From IMG/VR virus record IMGVR_UViG_2880378312_000013: a stretch of 54,893 nucleotides of DNA. One strand, 5' to 3'. How positions within the stretch are numbered: position 1 is the first letter of the stretch; every line of letters begins with the position of its first letter. A program made the position numbers and the translations under genes. Below the pieces are notes generated by a model. It ran no database searches, was not told the origin of the DNA, and saw only the letters and a list, made by a program, of their open reading frames with translations. Shown here piece by piece: positions 31,088 through 41,726 of this stretch. Origin of the DNA: a virus (lineage: Duplodnaviria > Heunggongvirae > Uroviricota > Caudoviricetes).

Positions 31088-32317
31088 TCAACCACCAACG
31101 CTACCTTTCCCCACCAGCGCTTTAATGGCAGAGGTGTCTTCCAGGATACAGTCAAAACGATGGAAGGCCAGAAAACCGGTCTGATCATATTCCGCGTAAC
31201 GCTCAACCAGACGTTTAAGAATCATGTATCGCACACGACGGATAATGAAGCGATCAAAGTCACCACAGAACATGAATTTTTTACCCGCCCCGATATCATC
31301 AATTTCCTGATCAATGACATACGGTACATTCAACACTGAAGCAGGTGCCACACCAACAATATCCGGCAACCATAAAGGGCGTCCCTGACCGTCTTCCATC
31401 TCACTGATCAGTTTCAGCGTATTATCGTTAAACGCCAGGCGGAATTTCGGTCCGCGACGATATGCAGGATCAATGCTGTGTTTCAGAGCCAGAATTTCCT
31501 GCCACTTCACCGTATTTGCCGCGGCAGTCTGTGTTGTGCCGGTCACAGATGCGACCAGCCCTTTGGGTTGTTTAGGCGTACCAGCACCAGTTCCCTGAAT
31601 CAGATAACGGGCTTCACCACGACCAATACGTTCAGCAATGCGACGGGCAAGATAAGCTTCCATATCGATCGCACTGTCCTGCAGCAACTCATTAGACACA
31701 CGAATTATTTTCGATGTCATTTTGAGCGCCCCAAGGCTTCCCATACCGAAATCGGTGTCTTCTTCACCGGCTTCTTCATTTTCGCCCAGCAGAACACCAA
31801 CTTCGGAAGTACCATCAGCTGTTGCCCACTCCATAGTGCGACCGTCAGAAGTGGTAAGAATCTGCGCCACACTGGCGATGCCACCGTAGGATTTCATCTT
31901 CTCAACAACTTTCGCCAGGAATGTTTCTGGTACGGTATATCCGCCCTTTTCATCCTGAGCTACGCCCTGGGCACGAAGTTCACGCAACGCCTTTCGTTCT
32001 TCTGATGTCAGCTCACTGGCACCGTGACGCATCCACTTATCAAAAACCTGAGCTCGTTTCTCATCCTGTTGTGGATTGTTTTCCGGATCAAGATTCTGAC
32101 GCTGCTCTTCCTCATTGCTTTCAATGTACGCCTGATCCTGACGACGCAGTTCTTCTTCGCGTGCAATTCGTTCATCAAGCGCTTCCAGTTCGGATTTTGC
32201 TTTGTTCCACTCAGTGCGCTGCTCTTCCGTCCATGCGTTATCACCAATTTTTTCATTCAGGGCGCGCATGTCAGTTGCGATAGTATTACGTTTCTGTTTC
32301 AGTTCATGCAGTTTCAT
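31088..32317 (-). CDS. major capsid protein, HK97 family
   Basis: 409 aa with N-terminal coiled-coil delta domain followed by capsid fold region; follows the protease gene. Confidence 0.85.
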   Translation of the reverse strand: MKLHELKQKRNTIATDMRALNEKIGDNAWTEEQRTEWNKAKSELEALDERIAREEELRRQDQAYIESNEEEQRQNLDPENNPQQDEKRAQVFDKWMRHGASELTSEERKALRELRAQGVAQDEKGGYTVPETFLAKVVEKMKSYGGIASVAQILTTSDGRTMEWATADGTSEVGVLLGENEEAGEEDTDFGMGSLGALKMTSKIIRVSNELLQDSAIDMEAYLARRIAERIGRGEARYLIQGTGAGTPKQPKGLVASVTGTTQTAAANTVKWQEILALKHSIDPAYRRGPKFRLAFNDNTLKLISEMEDGQGRPLWLPDIVGVAPASVLNVPYVIDQEIDDIGAGKKFMFCGDFDRFIIRRVRYMILKRLVERYAEYDQTGFLAFHRFDCILEDTSAIKALVGKGSVGG

Positions 32318-32327
32318 GATGTTTCCT

Positions 32328-32930
32328 TTACGCGTTAAGAAGGGTCAGGACGCGTTCACGCGCCATACGTTGATTAATGGCTTTCTGTAGCGCGCCGCTG
32401 TTGCGCGCCTCCTGCCATGCTTTCATGGAGCGAACAGCCGAGTCAGCCTCCTGATAGGCAGGATATGTCACAGGACTGACATCCAGCAGACGGGAAAAGC
32501 GGGTTATCTCGCGAATAACAACCCCGTCCTCATCCTGATACCACTCCTCGCCGTCACGGGCGACACGGAAAGCAAAAGATGACTGGTTAATATCTCCACG
32601 TTGCATCGGGGCCAGCACCAGATCACGAATGGTCTGTGTCTCCGGAGCCTGGATGTCATAGCGCAATCCGCGCTCATCAACTGAAAGATTCAGCGTGCCT
32701 GCTGCACTACGCCCAAGAATAAAATTAGGATCGTGGTTAAACAGTGCGCGTACATCATCACCAAGCACATCGTCAAAAGCGCCGGGCCGGATGATTTCGC
32801 GGAATGAACCAAATATCAGCTCAGAACGACAGTCAAACACCGATCCATAACCGATAATGTGCGCAGGGTTATCGTCATGCCGCTCAGCACGCACCTCACC
32901 GCTGTAACAACGGATTTCACGGTCATTCAT
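32328..32930 (-). CDS. prohead protease (HK97 family)
   Basis: Track ORF 32328-32987; likely start at the internal Met (MNDREIRCYSGEV); position between portal and capsid. Confidence 0.75.
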   Translation of the reverse strand: MNDREIRCYSGEVRAERHDDNPAHIIGYGSVFDCRSELIFGSFREIIRPGAFDDVLGDDVRALFNHDPNFILGRSAAGTLNLSVDERGLRYDIQAPETQTIRDLVLAPMQRGDINQSSFAFRVARDGEEWYQDEDGVVIREITRFSRLLDVSPVTYPAYQEADSAVRSMKAWQEARNSGALQKAINQRMARERVLTLLNA

Positions 32931-34149
32931 TGGTTTTTCCCTCATCATTTTTTGGGGGCTTAAAATCTCCTGCCGGGTTAGCAGCATTCACGCTTACCAG
33001 CATCTCATCCAGCCCTTCAACCGGATTCATATCCTCGAATGCGCGGGCTTCATTACGGCTCATCCATCCATCGGTAATAGCGAAGTGATAGAATTGCGCG
33101 CGCTCCTGCGGAGTTCCGCGTAAAAGCCCCGTCAGATTGAACCTAACGTAATACCCGGCGGCTAACTCAGCGCGGGTAAACAAGCGACGGTTAAGCTCCT
33201 GCTCCCAGTTCGTTACCCACGGCATCATCGTGTAGCGGACAAACTGAATCGCCTGCGCAGAAATATTGGAGAAGGTGGCTTTTTCGAGGTCATTAATCAT
33301 GTGCGCAGGAATATTGAAAATACCGGCAATCATTGAACGGTTCAGTTTCATCATGTCAATGATCTGAGCGTCAACTGGCGACACAGTCAGTGCCTTGTAA
33401 TCCAGATCGGCTGGCAGCAGCATGGTTTTGTTTTCCTGGCTGCGTAACGCCTGCGATGCCTTCTGCCACTGATCTTTAAGCCAGCCCCAGCTGTCCTTAT
33501 TGAGTCCGCTTTTAACGGATACTATCCCCGCCGGACGGGCATTACCGCTGAAGAAGCTTTCTGTGTATTTCTGACCGCTCATCCCCATGCCTATTGTTTC
33601 GGCATGTTGCATAATCGGACTCAGCCCCATCTTCTGATTATTACCCAGCGCACGGATGTGGATCATATCGTCGGGGCTGATCGCAAACGCCCCATATTCG
33701 TTGTACAAACCGTAGGTATATCGGCCACCAGTATTCATCAGCGTCGTTTCCCACGGCATACAGCAATCCAGGGATATGACTTCACCGCGACGATTACGTT
33801 TCACCCAGGTATACCCATTCCCCCAGCCAAGGATGTGACGTTGCTTCAGTTCGCGCCATTTGTAACTGGTTTGCCAGGTATTGGGCTCATCATGAACCAG
33901 ATAAAACGCCGGATGATCGCGTGCGGGCTCAACCTTCCCATTGTGCCTGCGCATAACATGCAACGGCATCTGGGCAAGGCTGGAAGACAGGACATAGATA
34001 CAGGAATACACCGCAGCCAGTTTCATCGCAGTTTCAGGACTGACATAAACGTCTGTCCGGAACAGCCCATCAGTATCAACGGCATCCCCGGTTATCGGGG
34101 TGGAAGGATTCTCCAGTGATTTACTTCTGAACAGAGCATCAAGCAGCAC
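32923..34149 (-). CDS. portal protein, HK97 family
   Basis: 408 aa downstream of large terminase. Confidence 0.85.
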   Translation of the reverse strand: MLLDALFRSKSLENPSTPITGDAVDTDGLFRTDVYVSPETAMKLAAVYSCIYVLSSSLAQMPLHVMRRHNGKVEPARDHPAFYLVHDEPNTWQTSYKWRELKQRHILGWGNGYTWVKRNRRGEVISLDCCMPWETTLMNTGGRYTYGLYNEYGAFAISPDDMIHIRALGNNQKMGLSPIMQHAETIGMGMSGQKYTESFFSGNARPAGIVSVKSGLNKDSWGWLKDQWQKASQALRSQENKTMLLPADLDYKALTVSPVDAQIIDMMKLNRSMIAGIFNIPAHMINDLEKATFSNISAQAIQFVRYTMMPWVTNWEQELNRRLFTRAELAAGYYVRFNLTGLLRGTPQERAQFYHFAITDGWMSRNEARAFEDMNPVEGLDEMLVSVNAANPAGDFKPPKNDEGKTNE

Positions 34150-34296
34150 GCGTCCCCCTTCTGGCCATAGCCAGTGCGCCCACCAGCAGTAAACCGCCGG
34201 ACAGCATCAGAGCCGGAGCCATACCAAACTGCAGGTAAAACCCGCACGTAAGCAGGCCAAAACCAGCCAGCCCGATAACATCAGCAATTAGTGATT

Positions 34297-36030
34297 TCAT
34301 AGAATTAAGAGAGCATCGTCCGGATCAAGAGATGAGAGGAAATCGTCGGGTTCTTTGAGCATTGCCCGACCGATCGCCATAATCAGCGCAACCGCACCAT
34401 CGATTTTGTTTTCCGCCTGCTCCTTGACAGGCTTCACCACATCATCGTTACCCGGAATGGTTTTGCCGACCACGTTGCCGATACACCAGGTCATGATGGG
34501 ATTGCCGTCATGATGAAAGCGCCCCGATTCAATCGCCGCTTCCAGCTCTTTCATCGGATCGGACATGTTGGTGTAGTTCTGAATGATGGTGATGGGGTTC
34601 AGGTCTTCATCAGCAAGGTCATGCGACAGCCCGGTCGCCCCGAAGGGGTCGATGGGTGACTCACTGACCGGGCTGATTTTGTTCGCCGCTTTGGCCTCCT
34701 CGAGGATGTACCGATAATCCACCTCCGCACCAGCGGTAACAGTCAGAACGCCCATTTCCACCCATTTCTGAAAGCGTTCGGCTGTCCGGCGATCTTCATT
34801 TTTCTCGACGCTGTACACCGTGTCATACGGTACCCAGAAACGCGGGGCCACACTGTAGTAATGCGTTTTACCGTCAATCTCGCGGGTATAAAGTCGCGCC
34901 ATGCTGTTCATATCCAGCTTACGCGCCAGGTCAAAGGCCAGAATGCACGGCTGCCCCTCGAACTGCTCAAGGGTCAGTGATTTATCCTCGCAGCTCTGCC
35001 AGCTCACCAGGTTGAAATACGCCGAACGCGCCGACACCCAGATATTGAGGTGTTTTGTTTTAAAGACGTTTGCCAGACGGGCGTTATTTTTCGCACGCTG
35101 CTGCTGACTTAACAAAAATTCGCGATAAACCGACACGCCAATATTTGGATTGGCTTTTTCCAGCACCTGCGGGTCGATCCAGTCGTCACCTTCATCAACG
35201 GTATAGATGATCCCGAACAGTTCATCGTTGGGTACCGAACCGTTGAGCATCTCGATAACTTCCCGCCGCTTGTCGTAGCACGGCCCCTCAATGTTGTACC
35301 CGGCGGTGGTGATGGCCCACATCAGTGGCTGACGTCGCGCCCCCATCCCGGTAAGCATCGTGGTATAAAGCGCATCGGTGGCGTGCTCGTGATATTCATC
35401 CACCACCGCACAGTGGGGTGATGAACCATCACCAGGGTTACCGATCAGCGGTTCAAACCGCGCACCATCCTCCGGACGGTTCATGTTTGAGGCGTTAACC
35501 TCAATCCCGAACGCTTCCGTCAGCATGGGTGTGCGTTTACACATCAGTCGTGCCGGACGAAAGACTTCCCATGCCTGTTTCTCCGTCGTGGCACCGGAAT
35601 ACACTTCCGCGCCGAACTCGTTATCACAGGCAAAACAATACAGGGCGACACCGGCAGAGATTGCCGATTTGCCGTTCTTACGGGGGATTTCGGTATACAC
35701 CTCCCGGAAGCGGCGCAGCCGGGAGCCTTTATTGACCCAGCCAAACGCGCAGCAGATCACAAAGAGCTGCCACGGCTCCAGCGTGATGGGCATCCGTTTG
35801 AATGCCCACTCACCCTTGGTGTGCGGCAACAGCTGAATAAATTTCGCGGCCCGTTCAGCCAGGTCCTTGTCGAAGCGGTAACGAAACGACTTACTTTTTT
35901 CCGCCATCAGGTCATCAAGATGGCGCTGGCAGGCCTGAATCACAAACTGGCAGGCCACAATCTTTCCGCGCACGACATCACGGGCATACTGATTTGCAGC
36001 ATTTACGTTGGGGTAAGATTTCCGGCTCAT
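34297..36030 (-). CDS. terminase large subunit
   Basis: 577 aa with ATPase region and C-terminal nuclease region. Confidence 0.9.
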   Translation of the reverse strand: MSRKSYPNVNAANQYARDVVRGKIVACQFVIQACQRHLDDLMAEKSKSFRYRFDKDLAERAAKFIQLLPHTKGEWAFKRMPITLEPWQLFVICCAFGWVNKGSRLRRFREVYTEIPRKNGKSAISAGVALYCFACDNEFGAEVYSGATTEKQAWEVFRPARLMCKRTPMLTEAFGIEVNASNMNRPEDGARFEPLIGNPGDGSSPHCAVVDEYHEHATDALYTTMLTGMGARRQPLMWAITTAGYNIEGPCYDKRREVIEMLNGSVPNDELFGIIYTVDEGDDWIDPQVLEKANPNIGVSVYREFLLSQQQRAKNNARLANVFKTKHLNIWVSARSAYFNLVSWQSCEDKSLTLEQFEGQPCILAFDLARKLDMNSMARLYTREIDGKTHYYSVAPRFWVPYDTVYSVEKNEDRRTAERFQKWVEMGVLTVTAGAEVDYRYILEEAKAANKISPVSESPIDPFGATGLSHDLADEDLNPITIIQNYTNMSDPMKELEAAIESGRFHHDGNPIMTWCIGNVVGKTIPGNDDVVKPVKEQAENKIDGAVALIMAIGRAMLKEPDDFLSSLDPDDALLIL

Positions 36031-36530
36031 GATTCGATAATTTTCAGAAACGGGTTAGTGGCTTTCTTCTGCCCCGCCAGGCCAATCAGACGCTGGCGGC
36101 TGCTGGGGTCGAGTCCGAGCATTGCCCCCGTACTGCTCATCTCGGACTCCTGTTCTTTTTTGGCGGTCAGCTCCGGATTTTTGACCATGCCGCCCATTGC
36201 ACCGGTGATGGTGTTGCCCTGTCTGGCAATATTTTTCACGGCACGTCGCCAGAACTCATAGGCCACGCACCACCGCTCAAGCACCGCGAGGTCAGTCACG
36301 CACAGCAGGCCCTGACCGCAGAGTTCTTTGGTTGTCAGTTGCCACATGATCGTGGCGAGAGGGAGATCTTCTTCAGCGAACCACTCCGGTGGCTCAACAC
36401 CTTTGATGGGCGTAAAAACAGGTTCATCTTTGTTCAGGGCTCGCTTGCCGGGGTTTCCGGCCAGCGCCTTGCGCGCCGTTGGCTTGGGGCGACGCCCGGA
36501 ACGCCCCGCCGTTCCAGCCATATGCGGCAC
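36027..36530 (-). CDS. terminase small subunit
   Basis: 167 aa immediately upstream of and overlapping the large subunit gene. Confidence 0.7.
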   Translation of the reverse strand: MPHMAGTAGRSGRRPKPTARKALAGNPGKRALNKDEPVFTPIKGVEPPEWFAEEDLPLATIMWQLTTKELCGQGLLCVTDLAVLERWCVAYEFWRRAVKNIARQGNTITGAMGGMVKNPELTAKKEQESEMSSTGAMLGLDPSSRQRLIGLAGQKKATNPFLKIIES

Positions 36531-36646
36531 TCCTGGTTAAATTTCATTTTTCGCGGGTATAAAAAAACGATGGGGCGGGCAGTCCGGAAGACGTCAGGTC
36601 ACAGGGATTTGACCCGCCCCTCCCCTCTGGCAGTGGGAACTGGTTC

Positions 36647-37000
36647 TTACTTCAGCCGTTCACGGGCCGTCTTCGCCTTATGACACGGCCAGCACAGGCT
36701 CTGCAGATTGCTGTCGGCATCAGTGCCGCCATGCGCTTTAGGGATGATGTGGTCAACGGTTTTCGCCTCGCGCACCACACCGGCACGCAAACACAACTGA
36801 CACAGGCCTTTGTCACGCTTTAGTACACGCCCCCGGATAACATCCCATTTCGAACCATAACCGCGCTGGTGTCGGGACTGGCCTGGCTTGTATTGCTTCC
36901 AGCCCTCGCTTTTGTGGCTTTCGCAATAACCTGACGGGTCAGTCGTGGTATGGCGGCAGCCGCGAACTCGGCAGGCTTTTGGGGTTCGTGGTGGCATATG
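36647..37000 (-). CDS. HNH endonuclease (terminase-associated)
   Basis: CxxC...H-N-H...CxxC pattern (CQLCLRAG...DHIIPKAHGGTDADSNLQSLCWPCH); likely start MPPRTPKA. Confidence 0.8.
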   Translation of the reverse strand, partial: HMPPRTPKACRVRGCRHTTTDPSGYCESHKSEGWKQYKPGQSRHQRGYGSKWDVIRGRVLKRDKGLCQLCLRAGVVREAKTVDHIIPKAHGGTDADSNLQSLCWPCHKAKTARERLK

Positions 37001-37522
37001 TACTCCAATGAAGAAGCTACCGACATAGCCTCCTCCATTCGTCGTGAAACTATTTTCATCTACCCAGTAATGAATTCTTTGAAGAGTTGTAATCAATACA
37101 ACTCGCTAATGGAGAGGCTTGTCTCACACGTGAGACAAGCTTCCTGTTTGATTTACTGGACACTATAGAAGGACAGAATGCCTTCCTCACTCGAATCACA
37201 TCAATTAAGGAGGTTCAACATGTTTCATTCCACAAGTCATCAGGCTGTAATTATGGCAGCATCAGTTTGTGCCACAGACCTTTTCCGCTTCACTTTGAGC
37301 CTGATTCATTTCTACCTGACCGGCTCGCCTCTATCTTTTTAATCCCCGCTTTATCCAAATTGCATTGCCAGAATGCCGACAACAGACTGACATTCAAATC
37401 CTGACTACCTCCAATAGTCTGACCGTACACCTATATAGTTTTAATTTTCATCAATCCATTTAACTATCGTTTAATTGTTGTCACATAGGATTCTGCCGTT
37501 TTTAACAATGCAGGATAATAAG

Positions 37523-37816
37523 ATGAAAAAAATGTTATTTTCTGCCGCTCTGGCAATGCTTATTACAGGATGTGCTCAACAGACGTTTACTGTTGGAAAC
37601 AAACCGACAGCAGTAACACCAAAGGAAACCATCACCCATCATTTCTTCGTTTCGGGAATTGGACAGGAGAAAACTGTTGATGCAGCCAAAATTTGTGGCG
37701 GCGCAGAAAATGTGGTTAAAACAGAAACCCAGCAAACATTCGTAAATGGATTGCTCGGTTTTATTACTTTAGGCATTTATACTCCGCTGGAAGCGCGGGT
37801 GTATTGCTCACAATAA
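37523..37816 (+). CDS. bor: Bor lipoprotein (serum-resistance family)
   Basis: MKKMLFSAALAMLITGCAQQTF... with lipobox LITGC; near-identical to lambda Bor as I recall it; opposite strand to neighbours. Confidence 0.85.
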   Translation: MKKMLFSAALAMLITGCAQQTFTVGNKPTAVTPKETITHHFFVSGIGQEKTVDAAKICGGAENVVKTETQQTFVNGLLGFITLGIYTPLEARVYCSQ

Positions 37817-37847
37817 TTGCATGAGTTGCCCATCGATATGGGCAGCG

Positions 37848-38309
37848 CTATCTGCACTGCTCATTAATATACTTCTGGGTTCCTTCCAGTTGTTTTTGCA
37901 TAGTGATCAGCCTCTCTCTGAGGGTGAAATAATCCCGTTCAGCGGTGTCTGCCAGTCGGGGGGAGGCTGCATTATCCACGCCGGAGGCGGTGGTGGCTTC
38001 ACGCACTGACTGACAGACTGCTTTGATGTGCAACCGACGACGACCAGCGGCAACATCATCACGCAGAGCATCATTTTCAGCTTTCGCATCAGCTAACTCC
38101 TTCGTGTATTTTGCATCGAGCGCAGCAACATCACGCTGACGCATCTGCATGTCAGTAATTGTCGAGTTCGCCAGCTTCAGTTCTCTGGCATTTTTGTCGC
38201 GCTGGGCTTTGTAGGTAATGGCGTTATCGCGGTAATGATTAACAGCCCATGACAAGCAAACGATGATGCAGATAACCAGAGCGGAAATAATCGCGGTTAC
38301 TCTGCTCAT
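37848..38309 (-). CDS. Rz i-spanin
   Basis: 153 aa with N-terminal TM helix then coiled coil; follows the endolysin gene. Confidence 0.8.
   Translation of the reverse strand: MSRVTAIISALVICIIVCLSWAVNHYRDNAITYKAQRDKNARELKLANSTITDMQMRQRDVAALDAKYTKELADAKAENDALRDDVAAGRRRLHIKAVCQSVREATTASGVDNAASPRLADTAERDYFTLRERLITMQKQLEGTQKYINEQCR
37907..38089 (-). CDS. Rz1 o-spanin lipoprotein (embedded in Rz, +1 frame)
   Basis: 60 aa, lipobox VVGCTS and proline-rich segment, nested inside Rz. Confidence 0.8.
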   Translation of the reverse strand: MRKLKMMLCVMMLPLVVVGCTSKQSVSQCVKPPPPPAWIMQPPPDWQTPLNGIISPSERG

Positions 38310-38782
38310 ACCTCAATCTCTCTGACCGTTCCGCCTGCTTCTTTGAATTTTGCAATCAGGCTGTCAGCCTTATGCTCGAACTGACCGTAACCAGCGCCCG
38401 GCAACGAAGCCCAGATATTGCTGCAACGGTCGATAGCCTGACGAATATCACCACGATCAATCATCGGTAAAGCGCCACGTTCTTTAATCTGCTGCAATGC
38501 CACAGCGTCCTGGCTTTTGGGGGAGAAGTCTTTCAAACCAAGCTGTTTACGGTAAGCATCCCACCAACGTGAAAGAAGCTGGTAACGTCCGGCGGCTGTT
38601 GATTTGAGTTTGGGGTTTAGCGTGACAAGTTTGCGAGGGTGATCGGAGTAATCAGTGAAGAGTTCACCACCGACAATAACGTCATAACCGTGGTTACGTG
38701 TCGGTTGTCGTCCGTTATCCGTTCCTTCTGACCAAGCCACCATATCAAGGAAAGCTTTACGCTGGGAATTTAGTACCTGCAT
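38306..38782 (-). CDS. endolysin, lambda R-type lytic transglycosylase
   Basis: [34 protein letters not shown]... closely matches lambda R. Confidence 0.9.
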   Translation of the reverse strand: MQVLNSQRKAFLDMVAWSEGTDNGRQPTRNHGYDVIVGGELFTDYSDHPRKLVTLNPKLKSTAAGRYQLLSRWWDAYRKQLGLKDFSPKSQDAVALQQIKERGALPMIDRGDIRQAIDRCSNIWASLPGAGYGQFEHKADSLIAKFKEAGGTVREIEV

Positions 38783-38785
38783 AAA

Positions 38786-39217
38786 TTACTCCTTAGAGCC
38801 ACCAAATTTGTTACCGATTACTCGCATTGCAGCCCCACGAATAGCATCGACACCGATCAGCCCCACCCCACCACCAATGGCAACAGAAAGTGATTTAGGC
38901 CATCCGACATACTCAAGAGCGGATGCAAAGGTCAGCGTCAGAGCGCCACATAGCAAAATCTCGAGCGTTTTTCGCTTCCAGCCACCACCACCGCCAAAAT
39001 AGGCGATGCGCAAACCAGCCATAACGATCGACATAATCACTGCACCCAGCGGTGTGTCTCCACGCCACCAGCTCTGAAACAACTCCAGCCAGTCCGGCCA
39101 GGTATTTGGGTTATGAGGCATTTCGTCATCTCTCACCTCGCGATATTTGCGGGTGCTGTGTTGGAAATAAAAAGGCCACGCAACGTGGCCACCAGAATTA
39201 TTTCCCCACCAGTTCAC
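38786..39217 (-). CDS. putative holin
   Basis: Membrane protein with 2-3 hydrophobic helices directly upstream of the endolysin; likely start at internal MPHNPN. Confidence 0.55.
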   Translation of the reverse strand: MNWWGNNSGGHVAWPFYFQHSTRKYREVRDDEMPHNPNTWPDWLELFQSWWRGDTPLGAVIMSIVMAGLRIAYFGGGGGWKRKTLEILLCGALTLTFASALEYVGWPKSLSVAIGGGVGLIGVDAIRGAAMRVIGNKFGGSKE

Positions 39218-39257
39218 TTACCTCTTTCACCGTCTGATTAAACCGCTCTGACTCAAG

Positions 39258-39572
39258 TTAAACACCTAACGCCCGACGCCCCAGCGCCATTGCTGCTTTT
39301 ATTGTGGAACCGAATCCCATAAAGAAATCAGCAACCAGATCACCAGGTCGACTACTGGCATTGATTATTTGCCTGAGCATATCCGCCGGTTTCTCGCACG
39401 GATGTTTACCCGGGTAGAACTGAACGGGCTTATGCGTCCTGACATCGGTATAAGGCACGGAGACTGATACGGAGAAATAGCGCCGGTGAGATTTAAACTC
39501 ATCCAGCAATTCAGAAGATTTGCAATTCAGTGAATCATGAGATACCACCAACTGGTGGTAGGATTGTCTCAA
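39258..39572 (-). pseudogene. DNA methyltransferase fragment (N6/N4 MTase C-terminal piece)
   Basis: 104 aa containing HPCEKPADMLRQII and DLVADFFMGFGSTIKAA motifs but lacking the rest of the enzyme. Confidence 0.6.
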
Positions 39573-39742
39573 CTAGTGAGCTTTATACATTTAAGTGCGA
39601 TGCACAGATAATAACCACGCCAATGGAATATCACACACAAAATTGATAGAACACTAACAATAAGCCACAAAATAATTCACAATTTATTTTTACAGTGGAT
39701 AAGTAGCAAAGTAGTGAATGTGAATAACGGCTAACTAAGATG

Positions 39743-39771
39743 AAACAAAAAGCCCCACAATATGTGGGGCT
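39743..39771 (-). terminator. intrinsic terminator closing the moron
   Basis: Hairpin gccccacaatatgtggggc followed on the minus strand by a U-run. Confidence 0.5.
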
Positions 39772-39829
39772 CCTTCGCGATTTATAGTAAAATAATCGAT
39801 TCTCTAGCTGAAAAAATCTTTAAAAATTA

Positions 39830-40063
39830 TCAGCAATACGCAAGTTTTTTACCGTCATCCGGTACTAGTTTGATCACTACACCAGGATTCTTACGCTCTA
39901 ACATCTGAGTTTGACTCCATGTAATACCAAAGGTTTCCATTGGAGATGCATTGCCAGCAAAGAGTTCGGCGACGACTTTAGCTGCCTCAATCTCTATCTG
40001 CTCATGATGTTTCATAAAAATCCCCTTGTTCAGCACTAAGCTGTAGTTGCTTCTTTGAAGCAT
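39830..40063 (-). CDS. hypothetical small protein (moron, second gene)
   Basis: 77-aa ORF (likely about 61 aa from MKHHEQ) between the GNAT-like gene and the terminator. Confidence 0.35.
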   Translation of the reverse strand: MLQRSNYSLVLNKGIFMKHHEQIEIEAAKVVAELFAGNASPMETFGITWSQTQMLERKNPGVVIKLVPDDGKKLAYC

Positions 40064-40206
40064 AAAGGCAACAAAGTTTGTTACCTGAAGATGTATAAAG
40101 TAAAGCGTAGTACATTTTGTGTGTGCTTTGTGTGGATCCAGATTGCATCAACTAAAAGAGGTTTTCAATACTTTTGTAATGATTCTGGAGAAATTAAGAA
40201 TCTAAC

Positions 40207-40749
40207 TCACACTGATTGGTTAGGTAAAACGCTCCTAAGCACCATTGCGCAACCACCTCGTTCGTAATCAGCAATGTACTCAAAACCACTTTCAGTATAG
40301 TATCTTATTGCCCCATCAACTGGACTAACTAAAGCTATCGAATCAATAGATTCACCCTGAAGGTTCAGAAATCGTGCATATGCAGAGAAGCAATCCAAAA
40401 CGATACCAAGCATCTGATGGTCTAGGTCTTCATGTGCATCATTACGTTTTTCCATCCAGCAAATATGCACCGCATTTTTCGGCTTACAGTAACACCCAAA
40501 TGCAAATCCAATAGGCTCCCCACGATAATAAACAACTAGTTTTATCGGGTGTTCTTCCATCATATCCATAAACACTCGCGACTTTAGTCCGGGATCCCAC
40601 CGCAGTTTATTGTTAGCCTTGAGGAACTCCATATCTTTTAGTACCAGCTCGTCGGCATATACGAGCCCTAACGACTTATGAGGGAAGCGCCCTTTTAAAT
40701 ACTCTGCAACATTTTTAAATACTGCTGTTTGGAAGGCTTGAAACATCAT
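40207..40749 (-). CDS. GNAT-fold acyltransferase-like protein (moron)
   Basis: 180 aa; LVVYYRGEPIGFAFG...AIRYYTESGFEYI resembles GNAT core motifs; AT-rich; located between Q and lysis genes. Confidence 0.5.
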   Translation of the reverse strand: MMFQAFQTAVFKNVAEYLKGRFPHKSLGLVYADELVLKDMEFLKANNKLRWDPGLKSRVFMDMMEEHPIKLVVYYRGEPIGFAFGCYCKPKNAVHICWMEKRNDAHEDLDHQMLGIVLDCFSAYARFLNLQGESIDSIALVSPVDGAIRYYTESGFEYIADYERGGCAMVLRSVLPNQSV

Positions 40750-40825
40750 GTCGATCCAGACGAGACGAAAGTTTAAATTCTACCTACTCGCCGAATACCA
40801 TTTCAATGCCACACATCTAAAATTC

Positions 40826-40852
40826 CGAAAAAAAACCCGCACATCAGCGGGT
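40826..40852 (-). terminator. tR'-like intrinsic terminator downstream of Q
   Basis: Hairpin cccgcacatcagcggg followed on the minus strand by U8. Confidence 0.5.
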
Positions 40853-40960
40853 TTTCTACTTTTTATTAAAGCCGGACACACAATGCCTATCATTGAGAAA
40901 ATATTATCCATTTTTTTTGAAAAATGCAAGCATCATGTCGCCATTTTCGTCGAAAATCAT

Positions 40961-41713
40961 TCATCTCGTCACTTTCCTCAATTGTGTCTCAGCATACGCT
41001 TCTTCCTGCCAGCACTTTGTAACCAGTTTATCAATGACATCTGCATATCCTTTGTACCACTGATAATCCGTCAGGTCTGGTACCAGCTTCTGGACATGAA
41101 GCCGCGCCAGTGTGGTTGGTAAACGGCTAAACCGGTTTCCATTGCAACGCCCACAAACCTTATAAACAGGCGTGCCATGAAGCCTGGTTCTTTTTTCATC
41201 CAGGACAATACCTTTACCCTTACACCCTCTGCACGCTGTGCTGACTTCTCCCTTACCATGACAATGCTGACACAGTTCCTTCACCCACTCTTCCTTGATA
41301 ACAGATTCCCCGCTTCTGGAGTGTTTCACCACCTCGCGCAATACATCATGAAATCCAGTACCAGCACAATGCTCACAGCGAGCCTTACTTGCCGCAGACC
41401 TGGAATAATCAGCAAAGGCAAAATTCACAAGGTAAGGAATGATCTGTAGCCGGGTTTCTTCACTCAATTTGTTCAATGTCGGGTTATCCAGTGCCATCGC
41501 GTAATTGAGCAGACCTTCAATCGCAAACTGAGGATCCTGAACACCAACTTTTGCCAGGAATAAGGCAAACCCAAGCGGTGCTTTCGACTGCACCATCCCC
41601 TGCGCAGCCATTACATCCGTAATTGTTAAACCACCAGAGCCTGTCGCCGGTGCGTCATCGCTCAATTTTGGAGATTTTGGGGAGTAATATTTCGGTAAGG
41701 CTTCAAAGTTCAT
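40961..41713 (-). CDS. antitermination protein Q (zinc-finger type)
   Basis: 250 aa with Cys clusters (CEHCAGTG...CQHCHGKG...CRGCKGKG...CGRCNG) at the lambdoid Q position. Confidence 0.65.
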   Translation of the reverse strand: MNFEALPKYYSPKSPKLSDDAPATGSGGLTITDVMAAQGMVQSKAPLGFALFLAKVGVQDPQFAIEGLLNYAMALDNPTLNKLSEETRLQIIPYLVNFAFADYSRSAASKARCEHCAGTGFHDVLREVVKHSRSGESVIKEEWVKELCQHCHGKGEVSTACRGCKGKGIVLDEKRTRLHGTPVYKVCGRCNGNRFSRLPTTLARLHVQKLVPDLTDYQWYKGYADVIDKLVTKCWQEEAYAETQLRKVTR

Positions 41714-41726
41714 GCTCGTTCTCCAC

